Of a DNA stretch of 64,000 nt, positions 1 to 12,900 are shown piece after piece. The notes beneath the pieces were generated by a model. That model saw only the letters and a list, made by a program, of their open reading frames with translations. It ran no database searches and was not told where the DNA came from. This DNA is from Takakia lepidozioides (Eukaryota; Plantae; Bryophyta), in assembly GCA_030704615.1 (NCBI GenBank), contig CM060731.1, positions 1,178,001 through 1,242,000 on the forward strand, written 5' to 3'. The translations under genes and the position numbers were made by a program. The stretch's first letter is position 1. Each line of letters opens with the position of its first letter.

Positions 1-38
1 CACATTTCAGTCCACTGTAAAAGCAGGCCCATGGTGGA

Positions 39-701
39 ACGGAAATGCGGTATCGCATTTAGGTCCAACGGGACTAGGCACACACGGTAGAAAATAATTG
101 CGACAACGCATTTTCATCGACTATGACACTTTGGATAGGCAGGAACGCAAATGCGGTGCCGAATTTCCGTCCGGTCTCTTTCAATGGAATCCAGTGGACG
201 GAAATGAGGTTCCGCATTTCCGTCCGGTGTGCTACTTTCGATTGCTGTTGGACGGAAATACGGCGCCGCATTTCCATTTTGCATCTTAGTCATGCACCAG
301 TGCGACGGAAATGCGGCACCGCATTTCCGTCCGGGGGAGACCTTTATACTCTTCAGAACGGAAATGCGGTACCGCATTTCCGTTCTAACTAAAAATCGTG
401 AACCACCGGAACTGAAATGCGGCACCGCATTTCCGTCCGAGTCGCACTTTCTGACATTTCAAAATGGAAATGCGGCACCGCATTTCCGTCTGGGGGAGAC
501 CTTCATACTCTCCAGAACGGAAATGTGATACCGCATTTCCGTTCTGACTGAAAATCGTGAACCACCGGAACTGAAATGCGGCACCGCATTTCCGTCCGAG
601 TTGCACCTTCCGACATTCCAGAACGGAAATGCGGCCCCGCATTTCCGTTTTGTATCTGAGGCATGGAGCTGTGGGACGGAAATGCGGCACCGCATTTCCG
701 T
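39..701. repeat. Array of 26-bp palindromes (ACGGAAATGCGG-CA/TA-CCGCATTTCCGT) with a 53-bp period; continues off the left edge
   Basis: Units start at 39, (92, degenerate), 145, 198, 252, 305, 358, 411, 464, 517, 570, 623 and 676. Spacers are about 27 bp, and three recur with a 159-bp higher-order period. Confidence 0.95.
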
Positions 702-1514
702 CCGGGTGAGACGTTCACTTGACTCTACTCTCCACTAGCTAGTTCGGCCGACTTCCTCCAAGTCCCGGCCAAGGGTGGAGCCTCTCCAGCTCCTCCCAGT
801 GCACTCTTCTTTGGCCTACTTCAAGGCCAAGGAACGATCCTCCCCGAGGATCGAATCGCCTTACTGCAACAACATTTGCTTGCGATCGCTCATGATGCCG
901 CTTTTGGCATCACCTTGAGCAAGGGTTCACCTGGAACCCTCTTTGACTAGGACGATAACCTTGAACCAACCGTGCGCCCCAATCACTACAATTGGGTCCG
1001 CCTTGGAATGCTGGCCTGAGGTACGGGAACACGCCGAAGCCGCACTACGACTTCGTCCCGAGGCTACACGATTATAGTACGTGAACGGAAGCACGTAGCT
1101 TCCGCGTTAGCCCGCACTACAAGGCAACCCCCTCGGTAGCGCAATTATAGTACGCGCACGCGCCAGGTGCGCACTAGCACGTGAACTCCCAAAGAAGGCG
1201 CAAGTTTCCTTGCCCCTTGGATGGGAGTCACCCGATTTCGGCACTGCGCAAACACACAATTAACCCAATTTACCTCTCCCACTTTTGTAAGCTAGCATGC
1301 ATTCTACACACTAGCCAACCACACCATGCATCACCATTCCAAACACAATAGGACGCACAATATTTTGAACCCATTTCCTTTATAACAAATTTTTGTACAA
1401 TACAAGTTTTTGCAATCGGATTCCTGAGCTAGCTAAACCGGGCTAAGCATGCATTTCCTCCCCCACGCTCCAAGGTTGATGTCCCCATCAACGTTTCTTC
1501 CGCTTTTGAGGTCG

Positions 1515-4500
1515 CCCTTCGAACGCTGCAACTGCCTCGGATGCGTTTCCCATTTCTGAGGCACGCACCCAAGATGCCTCCACATGATGATAGCCCTTCC
1601 ATTTGACGAGATACTCCGTTTCTCAGTTCTTGAACCTCCTCGACTTAAGTATTGCCTCCACCTCGTACTCAGGTTCATTTTCATGATCCAACAGCATAGG
1701 TGGCGGACGCAACACTTGATGCCGATTCGGACGTGCTTCATCTTTGAAGTAATGCTTCAAAAGAGAGACATGGAATACTGGGTGCACCTTGCTGTTTGCC
1801 GGCAGCTCCAATTCATACACATCCTCATTCATAACCTTCCGAATGCGAAAGGGACCCGCATACGGAGGTACGAACTTCGGACTCACTTCCGGAGGTAGTC
1901 GGAAATTCTTGATGTTCAACCAGACCTCTGTGCCTGCCTCAAACTTCACTTCCCTCGGCTTCCGATTCGCCTGCCTTTCATACCGTTTCCTAGCTTTGGC
2001 AATGTTGTACTTTGCGAGCTTCAACAAACGCTCGCGTTCTTCCAGTACCGCCGCTACTGCCGGTTCCTCAACGTCCTGGGCGGCCCAACTTGTCGGCACC
2101 AGAGGTGCTTTTCCATAGACCAATACGAAAGGGGAAACTCCCGTTGCGGAGTGTTTTGTGTTATTATAACAGAACTCTGCCGCGTCTAAGTGTTCCATCC
2201 AGTCTGATTGGTCTGCCGACACGTAATTCCGCAAGAATTGCTTCACTACGGAATTCACTCTTTCCGTTTGGCCGTCCGTCGTAGGTCGGAAGGCGGTGCT
2301 CATCTTCAGCCTCGTCCCCATCTTCTTCCAAAGTGTCCTCCAAAATTTACTCGTAAACTTTGGATCGCGATCCGAGACAATATCATTCGGGACTCCATGA
2401 TGCTTTAAGACGTGGGCGAAGTAAAGTCGCCCTGTCTCCTGCGCCGTTGCCGTCTCCTTGGTGGGGATGAAATGGCCCATTTTACTGAACCTATCCACCA
2501 CCACCATGATTGCATCGAATCCTTTTGACAGCGGCATAGCAGTCATGAAATCCATCGAGACGCTTTCCCAAGTCCCCTCTGGAATCGGCAAGGGTTGTAA
2601 CAGCCCCGCTTGCTTTTGTACTCGCTCCGGTTTTGTTGGCATGTGGTGCATGTCTTGACATACTCCTCTGCCTCCTCCCTCAGTTTGGGCCAGAAATACT
2701 CTTTTGCCGCAGTGCGCTTGGCTCCGCCGTGGCCCGCAAGCGGGCTATCATGGCATTCTCTCAAGAGGCTATCTCTGATCCCTCCCTTTGGCACGTAGAG
2801 ACGTTTTTGCTTATACCGGAGCAGTCCATTTTGCAAGTGGAACTGCGATTTAACCCCATTCTCAAGTCCTGCATCACGCACTTTCCCAGCTCATCCTTCC
2901 GGCAAGCCTTCCGGATCTTCCTTTGGAGCGCCGTCTCGCCCTTGTACACCAACAAGAGCTGCTGCTTTCTACTTAAAGCATCGGCCACCACATTGTCCCG
3001 TCCCGGTTTGTACTGGATATCCACGTCGAACACTGCCAAAGTATCTTGCCACCTAAGTTGTTTTGGGGACAACTTGGGCTGTGTGGCAAAATACTTCACC
3101 GTGACATTGTCCGTGAACACCTTCACTGGGTTGGAACCAACATAGTGGCGCCAGAGCTCAAGGCAATGCACCACCGCCTTCATCTCTTTTTCGTGCGTCG
3201 GCCACCGTCGCTCCACTTCATTCAGTTTCTTACTTTCGTAAGCCACTGGACGTCCATCTTGCATAAGTACACCCCCAATCGCGAAGTCCGATGCATCTGT
3301 ATGAATCTCAAACGGACGATCGAACTCCGGGATTTTCAAGACTGGAGCTTCCGTCATCGCTGCTTCATTCAGCAAAAGCTTGGCCACAAAATGTGTTCCA
3401 TACCCAGACTTTGGATTTACACAGAAGGTCCGACAGCGGCCCCGCGATCTTGGCGAAATTTCTCACATACTTCCGGTAATAGGAGGCGAGTCCTAGGAAA
3501 GATCGCACTCCCGGGACCAAAGTCGGAGGCTCCCAGTCCAAGATCGCCCTCACCTTTCCGTCATCCATTTTGATCCCATCCTGTGTAATCACATGCCCCA
3601 GGAACTCCACTTTTGTGACCCCGAATTCGCACTTTGAAGCTTTGGCATACAGCTTCCATTCCCGCAATTTTTGGAACACCCTTTTGAGGTGCTCCAGGTG
3701 CTCCTCCTTTGTTTTCGAGTACACCAAGATGTCGTCGATGTACACGATCACAAAGTCATCCAACCACTCCTGGAAAAGGCTGTTCATCAGCGTGCTAAAT
3801 GTCGCTGGTGCATTGGTGAGCCCAAAAGGCATCACCAAGAACTCATATGAACCATACCTTGTCCTGCACGCGGTCTTCTCCTCATCTCCTTCTGCCACCC
3901 GAATTTGGTGATAACCGGAGCGCAAGTCGATCCGGCTGAAATACTTCGCTCCTGCCAACCGATCGAAGAGGTCGTCGATCCTTGGCAAAGGGTACCGGTT
4001 TTTGATAGTCACCTTATTCAGAGCCCTGTAATCGACACACATCCGCAGCGTCCCATCCTTCTTGTCTGCAAATAGCACCGGGGCTCCGTAAGGTGACTTA
4101 CTCGGCCGGATGTACCCCTTTGACATTAGATCCTTGAGCTGAGTCTTTAGCTCTACCAACTCTCTGTGGCTCAACCGGTAGGGCGCCTTGGCAGGCGGTT
4201 TTGATCTCGGTATCACCTCAATCTTGTGGTCAACTCCTCTTCGCGGTGGCAAGCCGCTTGGTAAATCCTCCGGCATCACATCCTGGTATTTCTCCAAAAT
4301 CCCCTTGATCCAATCTGGGCTCGGCTCCCCATCGCCTTCTCCTTTCACTTCTCTAATGTAAAGCAAAAATTGGGGCTCGTGTGCCTCCTCCACGGCCCAC
4401 TCCTTTGCTGACAGAAGGTTTATTCGCCCTCCCACGGATTTGGGCGTTTCTAACACTCGTAAAACCTCGCCACCATTCCCACATGGCAGCGTGACTACTC

Positions 4501-6037
4501 TTTTGCGGCCATCTATAACCGCTCCGGATTTGCTCAAAAAAGTCATCTCCAAAATGAGATCCACTCCATCGATCTCGCAGATGGTGAAGTTCTCACGTCC
4601 CTCCAAACTCCCCAGTTGAAGAGAAACATCAATCGCCAACCTTGTCGCCAAATGTGGTTCTCCTTTGGCAGAACGCACCTCAATAGAGGCCCCCACGTCA
4701 CTTGTCGGGAGTCCCAGCTTTTGTGCCGTTGCCGGTGTCATGAAGGAGTGCGACGCTCCTGTGTCCACTAACAACGACACATTAGTTCTGGATATTATCC
4801 CATCCACGAACAATAATTGACTCCCTTTTCGTAAGGCGCCAGTTTCCTGATACAACTCACAAGCAAATTTGCCTACCTTGCAAGTCCTGGCAACCACCGC
4901 TTCCACCAAGCGACTGATGGTATCTTCCGACAGCTCCGTGGTCGCCCGAGTCATGTTCAATTGCCGGGGCTTCGTGCACTTCTTGGCCATGTGCCCGGGC
5001 TCCCCGCAATTGAAACACACTCTATCAAAGGTCGCCTTCTGTCCGCCATAAGCCGCTCCACCCGCTTTTCCTTTCGAAGCACCGGGTGCCGCCTTGACAT
5101 GTGAAGGCCCTCCCTTCGATTTCCACGTGCCATTTTCGCCGCGTGGCCTATCCCACTTCTTTTCCGGTCGGGAGGAGTCACCTTCCCGCCGAATCTTCTT
5201 GTGGTTCAGCTCCGTACGGCCTTGTCTTTCACCCCTAGGGACATCCGAGAAACATTCAGCCCTCTCAATTGCCTCGTTCAAAGTCTTGGGTGGCTTCTCC
5301 TCCAACTTCCGCCTAGCCCATGGGGCCAGTCCCGCCACAAAGTTGAAGACCATTTCTGGTTCTGCCATGTCCGCGACTTCGAGCAACAGCACATTGAAAG
5401 CCTGGACATACCCCCGAATGTCATCTGTTTGCTTCAAATTCCTCATCTTGTCCCGGGCAAGCTAGGATGCGTTGAGGGGCACAAACTGTCTCTTCATCAA
5501 TTCCTTGAACCCACTCCAGTTCAAGGTTTCCGGGCTTGGGCCTCGGTCGTGAAGGCATTTCTGCCACCATTGTTGAGCATAGCCCCTCAAATAGGTGGGA
5601 GCCACTTCCACCCGATCCTCGTCACTCAACTTGGCCGCCCGGAAGTACTGCTCTAGCTCCAGGAGCCAGGTGTTGAGTGCCTTCCGGTTTCGAACGCCCT
5701 CAAAGGTGCCGGGTTCCTTAGGCTTCACCTTAAACTTTGCCTTAGTGGAAGTGGCATTAGCCGCCTTCAACACGTCTTTCAACGTCCCGCCAAACTGCGC
5801 CAACAACCCTTCCCAAAAGGCTGCCGGCATGGGAGGCATCTCTTGGTTTGTCGGAGCTCTCAAGGATTCCTTGGGCTCCGACTCCTCGGATTCCTCCCGC
5901 TCCTGAGCGGCCTCGTTTTCGGAAACATTCATCGCTTCCTCAAATGGCCGCCTCGGTGACACGTCGCCCCCATCGGGCTCACCAGGATCATCATCTTTTG
6001 GGCCGTTCCGCTTTCGCTTTGGCTTGCCCGACCCCAT
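1515..6037 (-). pseudogene. Chromovirus gag-pol polyprotein with an in-frame stop and several frameshifts
   Basis: Zinc knuckle [14 protein letters not shown], protease [23 protein letters not shown] and YIDDIL, RNase H HTDASDFAIG, integrase SMDF...SDRDPKF...TDGQTER, chromodomain EYEVEAIL...EYLVKWKGY...ASW. In-frame TAG at 5462-5464; frameshifts near 3370 and 2640-2880. Confidence 0.93.
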
Positions 6038-6078
6038 GATGAGGCCAATCCCAAGGACGATCGCGTACTGAACTCTAA

Positions 6079-6090
6079 GCTCTGATACCA
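6079..6090 (-). promoter_or_regulatory. Primer-binding site complementary to initiator tRNA-Met
   Basis: Minus strand reads TGGTATCAGAGC, 2 nt inside the LTR end. Confidence 0.93.
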
Positions 6091-6092
6091 AG

Positions 6093-6820
6093 TGTCGCGC
6101 ACCTCACTTCGGTAAGCTCCCTTTCAAGTCATAGTTACTCGCTTTGATGCGCGCGCCTGACTCCCAACCTGGCCGCCGGGCCAACTCGGAGCTTCGGCTG
6201 CTCACCGGGACATAACGGTCCCCCTTCGCTCTCCCAAAAGACCCTCCACCTATTTGGGCCTAGTGGAATTCCCTTTGGTAGATGGCAGTCCGGAACAGCT
6301 CCCCACCCTTTGGTCGCTTTCCGGCTCGCTTGCTTACTCACTAGTTTTTGGACACCAACGGGCTTGCACCGTTCTCGGGGTTACTACTCCCTATATATAC
6401 TTCTGTAGCTGTCCGCGGGGGTTTCACAACCAGCCATGCCATTTTATGGCGAACCACCACGAAGACCCTCGATTCCCGGTGGTGAGTCGCGGTGAGTCTT
6501 GGCCCGCTCACCACGGCCCCTATGGACCGTGATGAGTCCCAAGACTCCCCACGACTCCCACCACGAGGTCTCCGCCCCCATGGTGAGTCCTATGCCACCC
6601 CCACTAAGTCCCACTAAGCTACCACCACCCCTTGTGGAGCCACCCCCACCGCAACCCGGTGTGCGGGGCTCCACCTAGTGAGCGCCTCTGCTTCCCTGAG
6701 TGCCTTGGGCACTCAAGGGTGCTTCAGCCCCCCCTATACCTATCGCTGCCGCTGCCCCCACCACAGGGGCAGCCCCTCATGTGTCCCGACCCCCTGCCCT
6801 CAAGGCAAAAGGCCGCGACA
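6093..6820 (-). repeat. 5' LTR (728 bp) of the chromovirus
   Basis: Ends are TGTCGCG...CGCGACA (7-bp inverted termini). It abuts the PBS and has a TATATATA box near 6392-6399. Confidence 0.88.
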
Positions 6821-7796
6821 CTTTGTGTTTGCATCCTTCACTGTTCACATATGGCACTGCAATGTTGCTTACTTCATACTTCAGGTGCGATCATGCTTTG
6901 CTTCAATGCTAACAACTCGATCTTACATGGTTATGCAAGCAATCTGGTGGACGACTTGCCCTCTACTTCCCGTGATCAACCTCTATTTCTAATCTTCCCG
7001 GCATGTTAGCGGAATCGCTCAAGCTTCATTCTACGTGAATACAACCCGCATGCTGGATCCTATGCTCAATGATCCTTATCAGCCATTCTGATGCTAGCTA
7101 AACATGACCATCGCCTCAATGTTAGTTGTTACATTCCTACTTCAAATCTAAAATGATTCACATGCCCCCACACTTCATCACAGTGAACTCAGTCTTTACT
7201 TCAGAGCCGAAAACTAGAACAAAAGGAGAGAGATCACCATCCAGTCTCCACTACTCTTATACTTGGGCTGATCCCTAACTCCACCTTATCCCGCCGTCTC
7301 CTTCACGTGATTATTTAATAGCAAGTCAACAATATTTAAGATCCTACAGCCTTTGGACATCAAGTATGGCGGCCACAGGGTCTTATCCCCCTCTGTGCCA
7401 CAGGCCCATCAACTTCTAAAAACATACGATACCCACGTGTTTTGTTTCTCAACCACTCTTTTAGCTGCATGCCACTTGCTAATATTTAATATGGCCACCT
7501 TGTTCATAAATTACTGCTGCATCTCCTTTATTTCCGCGATTTCATCCCAACAATGATAAATCGATCCTTCTCTCACATTTCATCTCTCTGCCAACCCGTC
7601 ATTCATCTGGTACTCAATCCATGTTTGAATGAAAAATTGGCGATTTCATCCGCTTCTCCTTAATGAAAAATCGCGACTTCATTGCATCCTTGAGCCCCCA
7701 CAAACCCTACGTGCTTTGTCTGTTTCTTGCATGCCTTCCGTGTTTCCCTCATCACCTCCCTTCGACCTACACCGGTAGGGAGAAGGGTGCGGCGTG

Positions 7797-9424
7797 AAAT
7801 GAGTATTGAATTTGTGTTTGTAGTACGGATTGAATGATTGATAGTTTCGGACGGATGGCAATTGGGGATTTTAGCAGGGCCAGACTTTTGGTAGCAAGTT
7901 TGGATGATGTAGAGTCTTTTTGGATGTGCCAAGTGAGGGAGGGTACTAATTGGATACCTAGGTAGGTGTATGGCTCATCTGGTCCCAGGAAGGGGAAAGG
8001 TGTGTTTTGGTAGTGTACATAGAGTTTGCAATGTGAGGCTATGGCTGCTTTAGTGAGCCGACTGTGGTGTGTGGCGGCAGTGATGGCGCATTTGTGTAAG
8101 TTGAGTTCCATGCCTGACCATAGATTGAATCTAAATAGTTTGTTAATTTGTCGATTTAGGTGTTGTGGTTTGTGTGCCAGGATGGCGAGATCGTCTGCAT
8201 ATGCTGCAGCTGAGATGTCACTTGAGGAGGTTTTGTATTGATACCCAAGTTTGCCACAAGCTAGCCAGCGGAGTAGGGGTTCTAGGAAGATAATGAATAG
8301 GTAAGGACTTAAGGTGTCTCCTTGGATGGTTCCTCGGAGGATAGAGATAGGCGGAGTGGAGCCATAATAAGCACCAAAGTATTCAGTGGTACTGTTTGTA
8401 TAGATGTTTCCTATAAGTTGGACGGCGTCAGTGGGGTACCCAAGATCAAGCATGATAGCAAGTAACCTAGCATGATCTAAGGAGCTGAAGGCATTTTTAA
8501 AGTCGATATATCAGACATATATGTCTTGCTTTGTAAGTTTAGCGTCTTCGAGGGCGGATAGAACATATTGTATTTGTCTTGTTGTACTACGCGTAGCTCG
8601 GAATCCTTCTTGGGGGTCACTGAGAATTTGGTGTTGTTCACCATAGCTTGAAAGCATTGTGGTGAGCGTGCTGGTGAATAGCTTGTATATGGTGTTGGCC
8701 AGTGCTATGGGCCTGTAATTACTGAGATCTGTAGGGTCACCTTTTTTAAAGAGTAAAATGGTGCGGCTATGCTTCCAGGAGTGTGGAATTCGTTTCAGTT
8801 TGTAACATGGTTGAAAAAATGAGGTGATGAAGTTGAGGGTCCAATGCTTGAAGTATGGCATTTGGTATAAGATCGGGGCCTGGGGCTTTAGATTTAGATA
8901 GTTTTTTGAGACATGATTCGTAGAGATCTATTGTGAATAAGTCTAGAATGTGGTCCGTTGGGGATCCTCTATTATCAATCGATAAGCCATCTATATCATG
9001 CCATGGATAGTGTTTAGCTTTACACATACAGTTGGTAGTGTGGAGACTGGGATGTAAACAGTTTGTAACTGTGGGTGTGTAGGTTGAGGATGTTTGTGAC
9101 CTTATTTCTTGGTTGATGTCTGTTGGATTGGTTAGCAGGTGGCCATGCTTGTGTTTGAGACAATCGTGGGTGGGTTGAGGGTAGGGTTAAAGATGGCTTT
9201 GTGAGCTTTTTTGGGGTGGTCGCGTAGCAGTTGGTTAAAAGAGGAGACAAATTTTTTGTGATTGGCGGCGGCTTTTTGTTTGGTAATACTGTATATGTTG
9301 TTAGGGTATTTAGGCAAGTGATACGTGGATCCGATGTCCAAATATTCCCCGGGTGTATGGGGGTAGTGGTAGGTATAATAGTGAGGGCGCGTCTGATCGT
9401 GTGGTATGTGTTAAGAGGTGATCA
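7797..9424 (-). mobile_element. Non-LTR retrotransposon (LINE) reverse-transcriptase fragment, disrupted and truncated at both ends
   Basis: KAPGPD, YRPIALANTIYKLF, QEGFR, QGDTLSPYLF, AYADDL and YTYLGI motifs across ORFs 7767-9341. Confidence 0.9.
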
Positions 9425-9590
9425 GGGATGCCTCGGCGTGAGCGCAGCCACGCTCACGCCACGTCACCTTGAACGAACGCCACGTCACCGGGCTCACTCC
9501 ACATCATCGAGCTTAAAAGCCACGTCAACGCGCGCCAATTAAGAAACAGACTGTATTTCCGCGGAAGAGCACCCTCAACCGCGGAAACAA
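9425..9590 (-). repeat. Putative element terminus 1 (downstream end of ParB-MTase copy 1)
   Basis: Perfect stem GGCGTGAGCG(9435-9444)/CGCTCACGCC(9451-9460), three GCCACGTCA motifs and a TTTCCGCGG...CCGCGGAAA pair. It abuts the LINE breakpoint, and homologous motifs occur at ~29770-29890 and ~40490-40598. Confidence 0.65.
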
Positions 9591-9962
9591 GTTCGACGAA
9601 ATAATAAAAGGACGTGGTCATCCCCACCTGAAAGCAACAATTGAATGCAAGATGGATGAATGTAGAGTGGATGAGAAATATATGGATATGTGGGAACAAT
9701 GCAAACGAATGGATGAATGTGGGATGGATGTTGAATGGTGGAAAATATTCTTGAATGGAGGATGCATGAATACACAATAGATGAATGCACAATGGATATG
9801 ACATGAGTGTGAGGGGTTGAGGGGATGGATTCATGAAGATTGACATTTGAATCCGAGTAGATTGTTTGAATCACCTTTTTTTCTGCCGGAACAAATGCAA
9901 TGAGGCAAGGGAATTCAATGAGTTCCGAATAGGATATAAATTGAACAAAATAAATGCGAAGT

Positions 9963-12900
9963 TCAGTCTGATCCAGAGTCAGTACAATGTATCCCCGCGT
10001 CCACTGCATCCAAGTCCAAGAATTTCAGAACTCCAGATCTACGATGGCTACTCCTGCGATCGGGCAATAAGAAGTCAGGGGATAGAGCCTCGGCCATTTC
10101 AAGTGCCATTGCTTCGGCATAGACAGGAAGCACAAAAGTGGAAAGGGGACTGTCGAAAACAGTCTCAGCACAAATGGGGGTTTCTCCTGAAGATCCATCG
10201 CTGTCGTTCCTGCAAGTCAAAGCATGATAAAAGTTATTATTGCAATTTTGATGTATGCAAAATTGAACAAGCACCCAAACTGGAATGACATTTCCATGGC
10301 CGACTTACTCACATAAGAAGTCGTTGTTGATCTGCTTATCCTCGGTATCCTCATCATTTCTGATTTGAATTTGTTCGGTCTGTGTGCCAGACGTAGAGCC
10401 AGACACAAGAGGGAGGAGGACACTCTTGAATAGTTTGGTGTCGCCCTCCATGCCAAAAAGGCTTCTCCCACCAACCTTGCAAGCACGGTAAGTCGCACCT
10501 GCCAAGACCGAAAGCCTCAAGAAGGTTGTAGAGGATGCAAAATCGGATGCAAACTGGAAGACCTTCAGAATGGTAACAGTATTGAACCAACGAACCTGTG
10601 GATAGTGTGAGGTCGACCACCCTTGTAGAATGGTGGCTGCATGACTCCAAGAGCGTCTGCATATGGGGTTCTCTCCCTTGCACCTCTCCACAGAAACCCG
10701 TCTGGTCTTTTGGCTATCTGACTGGAGTGCATGAAATTGTACAGCATGTCATCCACATGCGATTCATATGGGGGGTTGACAAAACACCCCTGGTCGGAAA
10801 TTTCAAAGCTGCGAACGGATGATGGTGTTTTGGAAGTGCGAATCCGCCTCAGGCAGATTGCCTCAAACATCCTTGTCTGGCAAAGATGCAAGGGAGGAGT
10901 GAGACATAGAAATTCGAAAGAAATTCTGGCGCAGGAAAGAACAGAACATGGACTGCAAATGTAAACTACAATGGAATGTTTTTGTGATGATCGGTGCCGA
11001 TCATCACATATGGTGGTAGAGCAAGCCAACAGAAACAACTGAAAAGACATTGGGAAACAGTTCAGAGTAGGGCGGTGCCATACCAGCTGTCCAGGGCAAC
11101 CACCTTTCAGAAGGTACAGGATGTTCACACAATTCCATGTCCTCAGAATTTCGAACCCAGACAACTTCAGGTATGATGCCAAACCCTTATGACTATCCTT
11201 ATCACATGACTGGAAGAGCAAAAGCGTTCCTGCATCTGAAAGGAAATTATTGTAGAAGCCGAATACCCAACTCCAGTAGTTCTCATCGAATCTGTTCCAG
11301 GATGGAGTCTTTTCCTTTGGAGGAACGTGGGGACAGGCAGGGCGTCTAGGATGTCAAGGATGACCATGTCAGCGGCAAAGGGTTTTTGAACACCGCATAC
11401 GAATGAGGGACCATTGCTCACCTGCAGCATACCGGTATAATTTCAAGTCAAACAGAAATGAGCATCCCAACAGAAACCATCATCTATATTGGCATACACA
11501 AAATTCGAAAGTCCCATGTGAAGAGAAAGATTCTTACCAGATTAAGAAATGAAATCATGTTATCCTAAGTTGGTGATGGCACCCCTGAGTAACTCTTTCT
11601 CCGAGTCTCCATCATCGCCAGCCTTCCCTCATTCACAATCTTGATCTGCCCTGCCAAGTCCGCACGGGAAGGGTGTGGCTTGGCATCGAATGGACATTGA
11701 ACAGTGAGGGTGTACCTCCCAGCGGTCTCATCTTTATCCTTGTCCTCACCTTTCTCCTTTTCCGTCTCTTTCTCCTTCGCCTTCTCCTTCCCCTCAGCCT
11801 TCTCCTTCTCTTTGTCCTTAGGCTTCCCAGGTGACTTGGCTACTACCTCCGGAGCCTTTGGATCTTTCCCCTTTCGACCAGCCTTCCTGCCTTTCTGTGG
11901 AGTTGCCTGCGTGTCTGGCTCCTTGGCGGTCAATGAAGCAATGTTCCTCTGGTACTCTTCGTTGTTCAAAGGTGCCAGCATCTCCGCATGGTTGTTCATA
12001 TACTTCGTTTGCTGCTCTTGAAATGTTGTGTGCTCTAAAGGGCAGTCGAGGTACCATCCACAGTCCCTGAAGTGGGCAGGACTCCAGTCCCTCAAGATAC
12101 CAGCTGTGTACATGGTGGGATCGTTGGCAGGATCGGACCACATGTCCAGGTAATCTGGGATTCCACTCAGGTGTTTTCCTTCCATCAACACATATTTAGT
12201 GTACCTGCGGAGGCTCAAAATAACACCATCCCCCAAAACAAGATATTAGAAAGCAGAAGAAAGTGATGATCGGTGGCGATCATCACTTTCACATGAGAGA
12301 GAATGCAACATGGGTTGGAAAATCCTTATGATTATGTAGACTGGGAAAATGGGAAATGTGATGGTCGGAACCGACCATCATTTCATTCATCAGAAACAAA
12401 CTGCCTATGATAACATAGGCATGATTAAGGATGGAAACAAAGACATGATCAGCAGTGACAACTGTTTGACTGGAGAATATCATAGCAGTGGATGTGATGA
12501 TTGGTACCGACCATCACCAAACTGCTGTGTAGCAGAAAAGAAATACAAAGCTTCTCTCAATGAGGCATGACAAAAGTTTAAAGAATGTGCTGGATAGGCA
12601 TATGGCACTGCACCTGTAAACAACACGCATCATCGCCCACTCCCCTCCAACTTGACTGTCAAAATCGTTCGACCTCAATATGTTGCCATCCTTGGAGAAC
12701 TCTTGGAAGAAACAGTACCGCCACGTGAGACCTTTCCACTTTCTAATGTACGCCTCCAAGGTAATCTGTGGTGTTGAGACCATCGAAATATTCAAGTCCT
12801 TCAAATTCTGCTCCAGGACAAGAATGGCGCGTTTCTCCAGCTACAATGGGAACATGTATCAGAATTGTGCATGACAAAGCTATAGGATATTTCATATACA

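Larger units (their letters stand above)
720..6820 (-). mobile_element. Ty3/Gypsy chromovirus LTR retrotransposon, degenerate; 3' LTR absent from the window
   Basis: Domain order gag-PR-RT-RH-INT-chromodomain on the minus strand, a 5' LTR and a tRNA-Met PBS. The left boundary is approximate. Confidence 0.92.

Noticed and set aside
39-701. CRISPR array
   Set aside because: Eukaryotic context, no cas genes, spacers recur in a 159-bp higher-order repeat, and the repeats are full palindromes degenerating throughout.
720-1465. 3' LTR of the chromovirus after the purine run at ~1455-1465
   Set aside because: The sequence does not match the 6093-6820 LTR, so it is treated as 3' non-coding region.
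5447-5464. Programmed stop-codon readthrough between gag and pol
   Set aside because: The TAG lies within the gag capsid region, upstream of the zinc knuckle, in an element with several other lesions. It is more likely a mutation.
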